A stretch of DNA of 64,000 nt from Planctomycetota bacterium (lineage in GTDB: Bacteria; Planctomycetota; UBA11346), in NCBI GenBank assembly GCA_038231435.1, contig JBBRLJ010000009.1, positions 59,683-123,682 on the forward strand. The letters are read 5' to 3'. The translations under genes were made by a program, and so were the position numbers. Position 1 is the stretch's first letter, and every line of letters starts with the position of its first letter. The notes under the pieces are model-generated. The model made no database searches. It saw nothing but the letters and a program-made list of their open reading frames with translations, and was not told where the DNA came from. Shown piece by piece: positions 9,234 through 18,695 of the stretch.

Positions 9234-10838
9234 TCAAGGCGCGGGTGCGGCTGGCAGCTTGTCAGGTTCCGGCTTCTTGCGCGGGAGCGCCTGGATGGGC
9301 CTGGCAGCCGACATCAGGTCCTTCTTGGTGAGACCCTCACCGTTCAGCCATTTCCGTGCGAACGTTGCAGCCGCGTCCATGCCGACGGCCGCGCGCAACG
9401 ATTCCAGCCAGTCCGCGTCCTGGACATAGCCGAAGCGGTGTTCGGCGAGCCACGAACGCAGGAAGCCGAGGAAGGCGTCGTCGCCGATCTGTCGGCGCAG
9501 CGCCTGGTACATCAGGGCCCCTCGACCGTAGATCACCCCCTCGTAGCGGACCATGTCGTAGGCGTCCGCGTCGGACGTCAGCGGCGCGGCGATGGGACCA
9601 GCCGAAGCGGTGGCGCATTCGAGCAGGCAGGTGTTGAAGCCACCGGCGCCGAGGATCGCGCTCTTGCGCTGTTCGAGATAGTAGCAACCACTCCAGTTGG
9701 TCAGGCTCTCGTCGAGCCACGGATGCAGCCAGGCGTCGCTGCCGACCATCCCGTACCACCATTGGTGCGCGATCTCGTGAGCCACCACTTCGTTCATCAT
9801 GAACAGCGGCATCGAGTCGTGCTGGCCATCGTCGTTGCGCAGCGCCGCATAGGCGTCGCCGCTGATCAGCACCAGCCCAGTGGATTCCATGCCGCCGACG
9901 CTGCTGCCGAGCCGCACCTCGACGATGTCGAGCTCGGAATATGGATACGCGCCGAAGCGTTCGCTGAACAGCGCCAACGCATCGGCGGCCACGTCACGAG
10001 CGACGCCGCCTGCGTTGGCGTCATCGGCGAAGCACCACGACGAGATCCTGGTGTCCCCGACCTGGACGGTGGTCGGGCGCAGTCCCTTCGCCGCCACCAT
10101 CGCGAGATTGCGCGTGAACGGGCTGGCGATGGTCAGATGGACGGTCGCCCCCTCGGCGCGGCGCTCGACCTCGATCCCCGATGACACCAGACTCCAGGCG
10201 TCTGGAATGACCACCTCGGCGATGACGTGCGCACTCTCGCTCTGCGTCGGGTCGCCATGGTCGCCCACCGGATGCAGCTGCCAGGCGCCGTCACGCCAGA
10301 CGGCGAGGTCGGGATACCAATTGTACAGGCACTCGACGCCGTCCTCGGCAGCGTTCAGCCCGTAGAGGCCGCCTTCGGACGACATCGTCGCCTGGTATTC
10401 GAGCTCGATGCAGGCGCGGCCATGAGGCGCTAGCGGCGCTGGCAGGGTGATCGAGATCGAGGTGCCATCCGAGCTCGGCTCGACGCGCTGCGCCACGCCA
10501 TCGACGCGCGCGGCGGTGACGCCCATGCTCGCTCCGTGGTACGACTCGGCGTTGGCGAAGGCATGGAACGCGAGCGTAGGCCAGGGATCGGGGGTCCGGT
10601 TCACCACCCATAGGCGCAACGAGCCGGTGATCGCGCGTCCCTCGGTGTCGAGTCGAGCCCGCACGTGGTAGAGCGGCAGATCGTGGACCGTGGCCAACTC
10701 TCGCACGCCCGCGGGTGTCAGCGCTTTGGCCAGCAGCGGCTGGTCGGCGGTGAACGGTGCATCGAACTCCGACGCGCCCAGCGCCCCGATGCACAGCATC
10801 GCCAGCGATAGGAGCGTCGGCCGAATCCAGAACCGCAT
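9234..10838 (-). CDS. Secreted M1-family (gluzincin) metallopeptidase
   Basis: Signal-peptide-like N-terminus, 'GGMES', HEIAH-x18-E, and 'YGRGA'. Confidence 0.9.
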   Translation of the reverse strand: MRFWIRPTLLSLAMLCIGALGASEFDAPFTADQPLLAKALTPAGVRELATVHDLPLYHVRARLDTEGRAITGSLRLWVVNRTPDPWPTLAFHAFANAESYHGASMGVTAARVDGVAQRVEPSSDGTSISITLPAPLAPHGRACIELEYQATMSSEGGLYGLNAAEDGVECLYNWYPDLAVWRDGAWQLHPVGDHGDPTQSESAHVIAEVVIPDAWSLVSSGIEVERRAEGATVHLTIASPFTRNLAMVAAKGLRPTTVQVGDTRISSWCFADDANAGGVARDVAADALALFSERFGAYPYSELDIVEVRLGSSVGGMESTGLVLISGDAYAALRNDDGQHDSMPLFMMNEVVAHEIAHQWWYGMVGSDAWLHPWLDESLTNWSGCYYLEQRKSAILGAGGFNTCLLECATASAGPIAAPLTSDADAYDMVRYEGVIYGRGALMYQALRRQIGDDAFLGFLRSWLAEHRFGYVQDADWLESLRAAVGMDAAATFARKWLNGEGLTKKDLMSAARPIQALPRKKPEPDKLPAAPAP

Positions 10839-10855
10839 CGGCCGTGTTCCGCCGA

Positions 10856-11869
10856 TTATTTGCGCGTCTCAGTGGAATTGATCCACTTCATCATCTTGCG
10901 CAGCTTGCGGCCGACGTCCTCGATCGGGTGCTGGGCCTCCGACTTGCGCATCTTGTTCATGAAGGGCTTGCCCTTCGCGCATTCCTTGCGGAACGCCTTG
11001 GCGAACTTCACCTTCTGGATGTCCTTGAGGACCTTGCGCATGGTCTTGCGCGTCTTGTCGGTGATGATCTTCGGACCGGTGACGTAATCGCCGTACTCGG
11101 CGGTGTTCGAGATCGAGTAGCGCATGTAGCTCAGGCCGCCCTCGTACATCAGGTCGACGATCAGCTTGACCTCGTGCAGGCATTCGAAGTACGCCATCTC
11201 GGGCGGATAGCCGGCCTCGGTGAGCGTCTCGAAGCCCGCCTTGATCAGCGCGCTGAGGCCGCCGCAGAGGACGACCTGCTCGCCGAAGAGATCGGTCTCG
11301 GTCTCATCCTTGAAGGTGGTCTCGATGATGCCGGCGCGGGCGCCGCCGATGGCGTTACCGTAGGCGAGCGCGCGTCCCAGCGCCTTGCCGGTGGAATCTT
11401 GCTTCACGGCGACCAGGCACGGCACACCACCGCCCTTGAGGTATTCGCTGCGCACGGTGTGGCCCGGGCCCTTGGGCGCGATCATGGTGACGTCGACGTC
11501 GCGCGGCGGCTTGACGAAGCCGAAGTGGATGTTGAAGCCATGCGCGACCATCAGCATCATGCCGGGGCGCAGGTTCGGCTCGATGTCCTGCTTGTAGACC
11601 TCGGGCAGGAATTCGTCGGGAACCAGGCACATGACGATATCGGCCTGCTGGACGGCCTGGGCCGGGGGCACCACCTTGAAGCCATGCTTGAGCGCCAGCT
11701 TGGCGTTGGGGCTGGTGGTGTTGTGGTTGCCGACCAGCACCTTCACGCCGCTGTCGCGCAGGTTCTGGGCGTGGGCATGGCCCTGGCTGCCGTAGCCGAT
11801 GACGGCGACGGTGCTCTTCTGGATGGGGGCGAGCTTCGCGGTCTTCTCGTAGTGGACCTTGATGGCCAT
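10856..11869 (-). CDS. ilvC: Ketol-acid reductoisomerase (short class I)
   Basis: '[18 protein letters not shown]', 'APKGPGH', '[16 protein letters not shown]', 'SISNTAEYG'. Start at ATG 11869. Confidence 0.97.
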   Translation of the reverse strand: MAIKVHYEKTAKLAPIQKSTVAVIGYGSQGHAHAQNLRDSGVKVLVGNHNTTSPNAKLALKHGFKVVPPAQAVQQADIVMCLVPDEFLPEVYKQDIEPNLRPGMMLMVAHGFNIHFGFVKPPRDVDVTMIAPKGPGHTVRSEYLKGGGVPCLVAVKQDSTGKALGRALAYGNAIGGARAGIIETTFKDETETDLFGEQVVLCGGLSALIKAGFETLTEAGYPPEMAYFECLHEVKLIVDLMYEGGLSYMRYSISNTAEYGDYVTGPKIITDKTRKTMRKVLKDIQKVKFAKAFRKECAKGKPFMNKMRKSEAQHPIEDVGRKLRKMMKWINSTETRK

Positions 11870-12014
11870 GTCGGCTCCGTCGGGGCGTTTATGAGGGTTG
11901 ATGAGGGTTGCAGATGATGGGACAAGCGTGTCGCGTGCGCGGGATGCGCCCTTGGATGCGCTGGGGAAGGGGCGGCAGCATAGGGGCCGCGGGGCAAAAG
12001 CAAAATAGTTGAAT

Positions 12015-12584
12015 TTACGCGGGCTTTTTCCCGCCAAAACGTGCGCGCAGGGCCTCGACAACACACGCGTCGGCCCGGGGCGATACGAGCTCGACCGGCG
12101 AGATGCCACGGCGCACGGCGAGCGCGGCCGCGGCCAGCAGCGCAGCTATGGTGATGGCCGCGTTTTGCCAGGACGACAACCCCCACTGGCCCGACCACGA
12201 CCAGCCGAGATCCGAGAACGGCTGCAGGAACGGGATGGGCCACTGGTTGCCATCCGGTCCACGCGCGCCGATCAGATCGCAGGCCAGATGGCCGAGCGCC
12301 GCCGCGAGGGCCAAGGCCGCGACCCGCCAGGTCCTCCCGCCGAACATCCAGGCGCAGCCAGCGATGGCGACGCAGGCCAGCAGGTTGTGGGTGAGGTGGT
12401 GATGGAAGCGGTGGAACCATTCGATGGGGTGGGCGCTGTCGCGGGTCAATGCCTCGAAGGGATAGCCGAAGCCATCGAGGTCGGGAGCCAGCCCGGCGAG
12501 GGTGATGGCGATGCGGCCGCGCCGGTCGATTCCTGGAGCGTTCGCGAGCAGCCAGCTCAGCAGCCCATGGGTGACCGGACTCAC
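12015..12584 (-). CDS. Inner-membrane metal-dependent hydrolase (YdjM/DUF457-like)
   Basis: 'MSPVTH', 'APDLD', 'HHHLTHN', 'GHLACD'; hydrophobic; 4-nt overlap with the upstream gene. Confidence 0.8.
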   Translation of the reverse strand: MSPVTHGLLSWLLANAPGIDRRGRIAITLAGLAPDLDGFGYPFEALTRDSAHPIEWFHRFHHHLTHNLLACVAIAGCAWMFGGRTWRVAALALAAALGHLACDLIGARGPDGNQWPIPFLQPFSDLGWSWSGQWGLSSWQNAAITIAALLAAAALAVRRGISPVELVSPRADACVVEALRARFGGKKPA

Positions 12585-13351
12585 GCCGTGGGCTTGCGCT
12601 GCGTGGCGGAGCGCTCGGCGAGCAGGCGTTCGGCGTACGCGAGATCCGCCGGCGTGTTCACGCCGAGCACCGAGGCCACGTCGTCGGTGGTCACCAGCTC
12701 AATGGGCTCGCCTGTGGCCGCGAGCATGCCGACGACGTCGGTCAGGTAGTATTCGCCCTGTGCGTTGTTCGGCTTGACCGCCGCAAGGCAGCGGAAGAGA
12801 TCGGCGCGGCGGAAGGCGTAGATGCCACTGTTGACCAGGTCGATCCCGCGCTCGTCTGCGGTCGCGTCCTTGTGCTCGACGATCCTGGTCAGCCTGCCCG
12901 AGGCATCGGTGACCATGCGCCCGTAGCCGGTCGGGTCGCTCATGCGTGCGGCCACGCCGGTGCATGCCGCGCCGGTCCGGGCATGCTTGGTGAGCAGGTC
13001 GTCGAGCAGTCGAGCCGGCGTCAACGGACAGTCGCCGCACAACACCAGTACGGTGTCGCCACGCACCACCGGTTCGGTCACGCGCACGGCATGGCCGGTG
13101 CCCAGCTGCCGGTCTTGCAGCACGCAGTCCGGTTTCCACGGAGCGACCGCCTGCTCGACCCGCTCGCGCTGCCAACCGACCACCACCACGGTCTGGCCGA
13201 CGCCGAGTTGAGCGCAGGTATCCAGCACGTGCGCCACCAGCGGCCGGCCCGCGAGAGGATGCAGCACCTTCGCCAGGTCGGAGCCCATGCGCGTGCCCTT
13301 GCCCGCCGCGAGGATGACGGCGGCGACGGTACGATGCTGGTTCTGGGACAT
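12581..13351 (-). CDS. Stand-alone GlmU-type UDP-GlcNAc pyrophosphorylase domain (no acetyltransferase domain)
   Basis: 'LAAGKGTRMGS.LAKVLH', 'QLGTGHA', 'GYGR', 'NNAQGEYYLTD', 'GVN'; ends at 256 aa. Confidence 0.88.
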   Translation of the reverse strand: MSQNQHRTVAAVILAAGKGTRMGSDLAKVLHPLAGRPLVAHVLDTCAQLGVGQTVVVVGWQRERVEQAVAPWKPDCVLQDRQLGTGHAVRVTEPVVRGDTVLVLCGDCPLTPARLLDDLLTKHARTGAACTGVAARMSDPTGYGRMVTDASGRLTRIVEHKDATADERGIDLVNSGIYAFRRADLFRCLAAVKPNNAQGEYYLTDVVGMLAATGEPIELVTTDDVASVLGVNTPADLAYAERLLAERSATQRKPTA

Positions 13352-13461
13352 CCACTCACCGTAGTCCGGACCCGCCTATCGTCCAGGCTCGAGGAATGGC
13401 GCTGTCTGTCGTCCATCGTCGACAGCCGGAGACGGACAGGAGGTACATCGTCAGTCGATGA

Positions 13462-14823
13462 TCACAGGTCTCGTGGTGTCGGTCGGACTGCCTCCCCGTT
13501 GTCCGACGACGAACCACGGACAATGGACGACGGATGGTCATCCATTCCCACCTGCCCATGCAAACAGCGCGCGGTGGCCACGCTGACACGCGTGCGCTCG
13601 GCGATGCAGAAGCCGGGGATCCACACCACTCCTTCGGCATCGGCCACCACCGCGACCTCGGCGCGCGTGCGCGCGTCGACGCGGTGGTCGGAGAGATATT
13701 TGCGCACGCCTTGGTGGCCTGGGGATCCCAGCGGCCGCCAGGCATCGTCCATCCGCCATGGCCGCCAAGTCAGAGGCCAGTGGATACTGGCCGCATCGAG
13801 CCAGGCCTCGCCAGCCGCGGCGCGAGGATCGCTCGGCGCGAGCGAGCTCTGGAGGATCAGGCGCTGACCGCCGCGCCGATATGATCCTGGTCCTTCGATC
13901 GCGACCACTTCGACACTCGGTTCGCTCGTCTCGCGCTCCCACCGCACCCCATCGCGAGCGCGTTCGAACATCCACGGCCCCAACCGCAGCCGTCGACCGA
14001 CGGCGCCGACCTCGAGCTCCTCCAATCGCCGGATGCGCTGCCGGCTCGGCTCGATGCCGAGTCCGACCAGCAGCTCTCGCCAGCGCTCGCCGGCCGCCGG
14101 CCGCCGCGACGAGGCATCTCCACGCGGCGCGTGGCGCGCGAGCGCGTGGCGCAACAGAGCGTCGACGGTGCCAGGAACGGCCGCCTCCAAGAGCGGCAGC
14201 ACCCGCGCGCGGATGTGGTTGCGGCGGAAGCGCACGTCCGCGTTGCTCGCGTCCTCGCGCCAAGAGACCGAGCGTTCGGCGAGGTAAGCGCGCAGACGTG
14301 CGCGCGTGAAGGGCAGGAGCGGACGCACCAACGGCAGTCCTTCGAGATCGCGCGTAGCCGGCATGCCCGTTCCACCGGCGCTGCCAGCGCCGCGCAGCAG
14401 GCTCATCAGCACCGTCTCGGCTTGGTCATCGCGATGATGGGCGGTCGCGATCGCCGATGCTCCCGTCTCGCGCGCTACCGCGCGCAGACGTTCGTAGCGG
14501 TACCGGCGGCCAGCCTCCTCGATGCCGCAGCGCCAGCGGCGCGCGAGGTCGGCGATGTCGGCGCGCTCAACCACCGCGACCGCGCGGCCCGCGCCCGACG
14601 CGATCTGGATCTCATCGACCAGCGCGCGCACCGCGTCGGCATCGGCTGCCGATTCCGCGCGCAAGCCGTGGTCGAGATGGAAGGCCACCAGCGGCCAGCG
14701 GCCGGCGGCGGCCAGCAGGTCGAGGAGGGCCACGCTGTCGGCTCCGCCGCTCACCGCGACCACGATGGTAGCGCCATCGGACGGCAGCAGCGGGCGCGCG
14801 TGGGCGAGGAATTCGGCGAGCAT
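13462..14823 (-). CDS. tilS: tRNA(Ile)-lysidine synthetase
   Basis: PP-loop 'AVSGGADS', 'DHGLR', 'TAHHRDDQAET', 'RPLL', 'DASN....RRN.IR'. Confidence 0.93.
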   Translation of the reverse strand: MLAEFLAHARPLLPSDGATIVVAVSGGADSVALLDLLAAAGRWPLVAFHLDHGLRAESAADADAVRALVDEIQIASGAGRAVAVVERADIADLARRWRCGIEEAGRRYRYERLRAVARETGASAIATAHHRDDQAETVLMSLLRGAGSAGGTGMPATRDLEGLPLVRPLLPFTRARLRAYLAERSVSWREDASNADVRFRRNHIRARVLPLLEAAVPGTVDALLRHALARHAPRGDASSRRPAAGERWRELLVGLGIEPSRQRIRRLEELEVGAVGRRLRLGPWMFERARDGVRWERETSEPSVEVVAIEGPGSYRRGGQRLILQSSLAPSDPRAAAGEAWLDAASIHWPLTWRPWRMDDAWRPLGSPGHQGVRKYLSDHRVDARTRAEVAVVADAEGVVWIPGFCIAERTRVSVATARCLHGQVGMDDHPSSIVRGSSSDNGEAVRPTPRDL

Positions 14824-14839
14824 CGACGTCCTTCGACGG

Positions 14840-14948
14840 GTCATCGGTCAGACATCGGCCGGACATCGGCCGGACATCGGCCCGACATAGCCCGGACTGC
14901 TGCCAGCATCTGCTGGACGTCCGCAAAGCATCCGCAAGACATCGGCAT
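14840..14948. repeat. 11-bp tandem repeat (GACATCGGCCG consensus)
   Basis: Units at 14851, 14862, 14873 and 14884, with degenerate units at 14840 and about 14916-14948. Confidence 0.8.
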
Positions 14949-14969
14949 GATGGCCGATTGCCGGTCGGC

Positions 14970-15776
14970 TCAGGTGAGGCGGCGCTTCTGATCCTGCACC
15001 GTGCGCGATGTCAAGAGATCGACGAGCCCGGGCAGCACGTCCTTCGCGGTCCCGCGGATGCTGCAGGTCGCGATCGGCGAGAACGGCGTCTCCTCGGTGT
15101 TGATCTCGACCACCGGCTGGTTGGCGATGACCAGGTCCGAAGGGATGGCCGAGGCCGGTTGGACCAGGCACGATGATCCGACCAGCAGACAGCCGTCGGG
15201 ATTGAACTGGGTGATCGCCTGCAGCGGGGGCAGCGGCAGGGCCTCGCCGTACCACACCGAGCCGGGGCGGACGGGCGCCCCGCAACGCGGGCAGGGCATC
15301 AGGCTCAGGGCGTTGTCGCCGTCATCGGCTGCCCTCCACCCGCAAGCGGCTGAGCAGATGGTCTCGAACAGCGAACCGTGCAGGTGCAGTACTGGGGACA
15401 CCCCTGCGCGCTCGAGCAGGTCATCCTCGTTGGTGGTGGCGATCAGCACCTGGCCGGGAGTCGGGAAGTGCCGCTGGAGCAAGGCGATGGTACGTTGGCC
15501 GGGATGCGGCGCCGACGAGGCGACCTGCAGGCGACGCTCGCGGTACCATTCCCAGACCAGATCCGGGTCGCGCGTAAAACCATCGGGGTGCGCCAGGTCC
15601 TCGAACTTGTGATTCTTCCAGAAGCCGCCCTCGCAGCGGAACGTGGGGACTCCGGCATCCGCGCTCATGCCCGCGCCGGTCATCACCAGCAGGCGGCGGC
15701 ACGGCCGCAGCAGCTTGGCCGCTTCCGATTGGGCGCTTTCCAGCGCTCCAGGAGCATCGGTGGTTCGCTGGCTCAC
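14970..15776 (-). CDS. cobB: Sirtuin / NAD-dependent protein deacylase (CobB-like)
   Basis: 'TGAGMSADAGVPTFR', 'LHGSL', Zn cysteines (CSAAC, CPRC), 'RP..VWYGE', 'VGSS', 'EIN'. Confidence 0.85.
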   Translation of the reverse strand: MSQRTTDAPGALESAQSEAAKLLRPCRRLLVMTGAGMSADAGVPTFRCEGGFWKNHKFEDLAHPDGFTRDPDLVWEWYRERRLQVASSAPHPGQRTIALLQRHFPTPGQVLIATTNEDDLLERAGVSPVLHLHGSLFETICSAACGWRAADDGDNALSLMPCPRCGAPVRPGSVWYGEALPLPPLQAITQFNPDGCLLVGSSCLVQPASAIPSDLVIANQPVVEINTEETPFSPIATCSIRGTAKDVLPGLVDLLTSRTVQDQKRRLT

Positions 15777-15827
15777 AGGGTGTATTTGTACTGGTCAGCC
15801 CTCTGGGGATCAAGAGATTCCGGTCAG

Positions 15828-16136
15828 GTGCCGGATCTCGATTGCCCTTCCCTGCAGGTATTCGTGGCCGAGGCGCGCGCCCGCGGCCTGAAACGGGCGG
15901 TCGTGGCGTGGCGTGAGGAATTCGGCCCGCTGCCCCGCCCCGACGGTGCCGCCGACTACGGCCGCGTGCGCGAAACCACTGCGCTCGCCTACGATGGCGG
16001 CACCATCCTCCGTCATCACGCCACGGGCGAGAGCGCGGACCGCCGAGCGATGGCCCAGGCGCTCGCCGAGGCCGGACTCGCGGTCGAGAGCCGCTGCCGA
16101 AACCTCACCGGCGACATCGGCTCGCGACCGTCCTGA
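15828..16136 (+). CDS. Hypothetical protein (~102 aa)
   Basis: GTG start, plausible codon usage, fills the gap divergent from the sirtuin gene; no motif recognised. Confidence 0.5.
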   Translation: MPDLDCPSLQVFVAEARARGLKRAVVAWREEFGPLPRPDGAADYGRVRETTALAYDGGTILRHHATGESADRRAMAQALAEAGLAVESRCRNLTGDIGSRPS

Positions 16137-16297
16137 TTCCGGCAGGTGAGCCCGGCTCCGCACCCCGTCGCTCCGGTGCGCCTGATTGACCATCCCGCCG
16201 CGAGGGCTCCAATGCGAGTTCTTCCAGGCCTCCTGCCTGGTCCAGCCCAGCGGCGCAGCCGCGCAGCGCGATCGACGATCGCACGGAAAGCAGTCTC

Positions 16298-17098
16298 GTG
16301 TTCACTCTGATAGACGATGTGGCGGTAGTGATCGGCGGAACCGGGGTGCTGGGCGGCGCATTGGCCGAGGGTCTCGGCCGCGCCAAGGCGAGCGTCGCCA
16401 TCCTCGGCCGTAATGCCGAGCGGGGTGAAGCGCGCGCGCACGCCATCCGTGAGGCAGGCGGCAAGGCCCTGTTCGTCGCCTGCGACGCCCAAGATGCCGA
16501 CAGCCTGAAACGCGCGAGCCAGGACATTACCCAGAAACTCGGCGAGCCGACCGTGCTGGTGAACGCTGCCGGTGGCAACGACCCCAAAGTCACGGTGGTG
16601 GGCGACAAGAGCTTCGAGTCGATCGCGCTCGCCGACTGGAAGGCCAACTACGACCTCAACCTGATCGGTGGCGCGCTGCTCCCCTGCCAGGTGTTCGGAC
16701 CGGGCATGGTGGCGCGCAAGCGCGGCTCGATCGTCAACATCGCTTCGGTCAGCGCGCACATCCCGCTGTCGCGCGTGGTCTCGTACTCGTCGGCCAAGGC
16801 GGCGGTGCTGAGCCTGACGCAGTTCCTCGCCCGTGAATGGGCCCGCTCGGGCGTGCGCGTGAACTCCATCACTCCCGGCTTCTTTCCCGCCGAGCAGAAC
16901 AAGCGCCTGCTCTTCAACCCTGACGGCACCCCCACCGCACGTGGCCAGCAGATCCTCGGCCACACCCCGATGGGTCGCTTCGGCGAAGCCGACGAGCTGA
17001 TCGGCGCAGTGGTGTTCCTCGCCTGCCGCGAGGCGAGTGGTTTCGTCACTGGCAGCGACATCCGCGTCGACGGCGGATTCCTGGCGCAGACGATATGA
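16298..17098 (+). CDS. SDR oxidoreductase, D-mannonate oxidoreductase/fructuronate reductase-like
   Basis: 'GGTGVLG', 'NAAG', catalytic 'YSSAK', 'NSITPGFFPAEQNKRLL', 'TPMGRFG'. Confidence 0.85.
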   Translation: MFTLIDDVAVVIGGTGVLGGALAEGLGRAKASVAILGRNAERGEARAHAIREAGGKALFVACDAQDADSLKRASQDITQKLGEPTVLVNAAGGNDPKVTVVGDKSFESIALADWKANYDLNLIGGALLPCQVFGPGMVARKRGSIVNIASVSAHIPLSRVVSYSSAKAAVLSLTQFLAREWARSGVRVNSITPGFFPAEQNKRLLFNPDGTPTARGQQILGHTPMGRFGEADELIGAVVFLACREASGFVTGSDIRVDGGFLAQTI

Positions 17099-17144
17099 AT
17101 CGGAACGGGCGGCAGGCGGCGTGCGGCGAGCGGCGATCGTAGCC

Positions 17145-18695
17145 GTGCTGGTCCTCGCCATCGACATCGGCACCTCGTCCACGCGCACCGCGCTGTTCAA
17201 CGAATCCGGCGCGCGCATCCTCGCCACCTCGGCGAGCGAATCCTACCCGTTGGTCACCGACGCCGCCGGACGCGCCGAGATCGCGCCGGGGCGGCTGCTC
17301 GCGGCGGTGCGCGGCTGTGTCGGCCGCACGCTCGTGGCGGCGAGGACGCTGAAATCACTGCGCGGGCGCCCGATCGCGGCGGTCGGCACGTCGTGCTTCT
17401 GGCACAGCCTGATCGGCGTCGATGCCGATGGCGAAGCGGTCACGCCGATCATCACCTGGGCGGACAGCCGTTGCCGAGTCGACGCCGAACGCCTGCGCCG
17501 CCGCCATGACGAGCACGCCATCCACGCGCGCACCGGCTGCATGCTGCGCGCGTCGTTCTGGCCGGCGAAACTCGCCTGGCTCGAACGCGTGCATCGCGGC
17601 ACCTTCCGCCAGGCCGAGCGCTGGATGTCGCCGGCGGAATGGCTGTACCTGCACATCTGCGGTGGCCTGCGCTGCGCGCACGGCATGGCCACCGGCACCG
17701 GCCTCTACGATCCCGCGGCCATGACCTGGGATGGCGACGCGGTGGCGCGCGCGCATCTGCGCCCGGCGCAGCTGCCGCCGATCTCGGACGAGCCGCTGAT
17801 GCTGGGCGCCGCGGCGCGGCGCTCGTGGCCCGAGCTCGCGCAGGCGCGCTGGTTCCCGGCGATCGGCGATGGCGCGGCGAACAACCTCGGCGCCGGCGCC
17901 ACCCGTCCGGGGTGGGCGGCGATCAACTTCGGCACCAGCGCCGCGGTGCGCATCATGCGCGACAAGCCCTTTCCGGGCGACCGCGGCCCGCGGGCGCCGT
18001 ACGGGCTGTTCTGCTACCGCGTGGACAGCGAGCGCTTCCTGGTGGGTGGCGCGATCTCCAACGCGGGTTCGCTGCGCGCATGGTGCATGGAGCACCTCAG
18101 ACTGCCCGACGATGCGACGATCGAACGCCAGCTCGCGCGCCGCGCCGGCCCGGCGCACGGCCTGCGCGTACTGCCGTTCTGGCTCGCCGAGCGCGCGCCG
18201 AGCTGGCGCGACGATCTCGCCGGCGCGATCGTCGGCATCACCCAGTCGACCAGCGCGCTCGACCTGCTGCAGGCGATCACCGAGGCCAGCTTCCACCGCC
18301 TGGCGACCATCGTCGACGCGCTGCCCGGATCGGGCGCCAGGCTCCGCTTCGTGGTCGGCGGTGGCCTGCAGCGCTCTCCCGCCGGCCTGCAGCGCCTGGC
18401 CGACGTGCTCGGCCGCGACCTGCTCGCATCGCACGAGCCCGAGCTGTCGCTGCGCGGCGCGGCGGTGTTCGCGCTCGAGAAACTCGGGGCTCCGCCCGAG
18501 CGCGGCGCGGCGAGCGGTGAGCCCGTGCGCGCGCGGCGCACGCAGGCCCACGCCTACGCGCGCGAACGTGCGCGCCTGCTCGAACTCGAAGGGGAATTGC
18601 ATCCGCTGCCATCTGGCGCCGGCTCGCCTCCCACCGCGAAGCGCAGGGCGGTGCGCCGCGGCCGGACCACCCGCAACGCGAGGACTCAGCCATGA
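17145..18695 (+). CDS. FGGY carbohydrate kinase, gluconokinase-like
   Basis: 'LAIDIGTSSTR', 'FWHSLIG', 'ITWAD', 'GDGAANNLGAG', 'GTSAAVR', 'ERAP.W'. Confidence 0.85.
   Translation: MLVLAIDIGTSSTRTALFNESGARILATSASESYPLVTDAAGRAEIAPGRLLAAVRGCVGRTLVAARTLKSLRGRPIAAVGTSCFWHSLIGVDADGEAVTPIITWADSRCRVDAERLRRRHDEHAIHARTGCMLRASFWPAKLAWLERVHRGTFRQAERWMSPAEWLYLHICGGLRCAHGMATGTGLYDPAAMTWDGDAVARAHLRPAQLPPISDEPLMLGAAARRSWPELAQARWFPAIGDGAANNLGAGATRPGWAAINFGTSAAVRIMRDKPFPGDRGPRAPYGLFCYRVDSERFLVGGAISNAGSLRAWCMEHLRLPDDATIERQLARRAGPAHGLRVLPFWLAERAPSWRDDLAGAIVGITQSTSALDLLQAITEASFHRLATIVDALPGSGARLRFVVGGGLQRSPAGLQRLADVLGRDLLASHEPELSLRGAAVFALEKLGAPPERGAASGEPVRARRTQAHAYARERARLLELEGELHPLPSGAGSPPTAKRRAVRRGRTTRNARTQP

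Noticed and set aside
11965..12010. Sigma70 promoter for ilvC (TTGCTT...TATGCT on the minus strand)
   Set aside because: The spacer is only 15 nt; too weak to call without TSS data.
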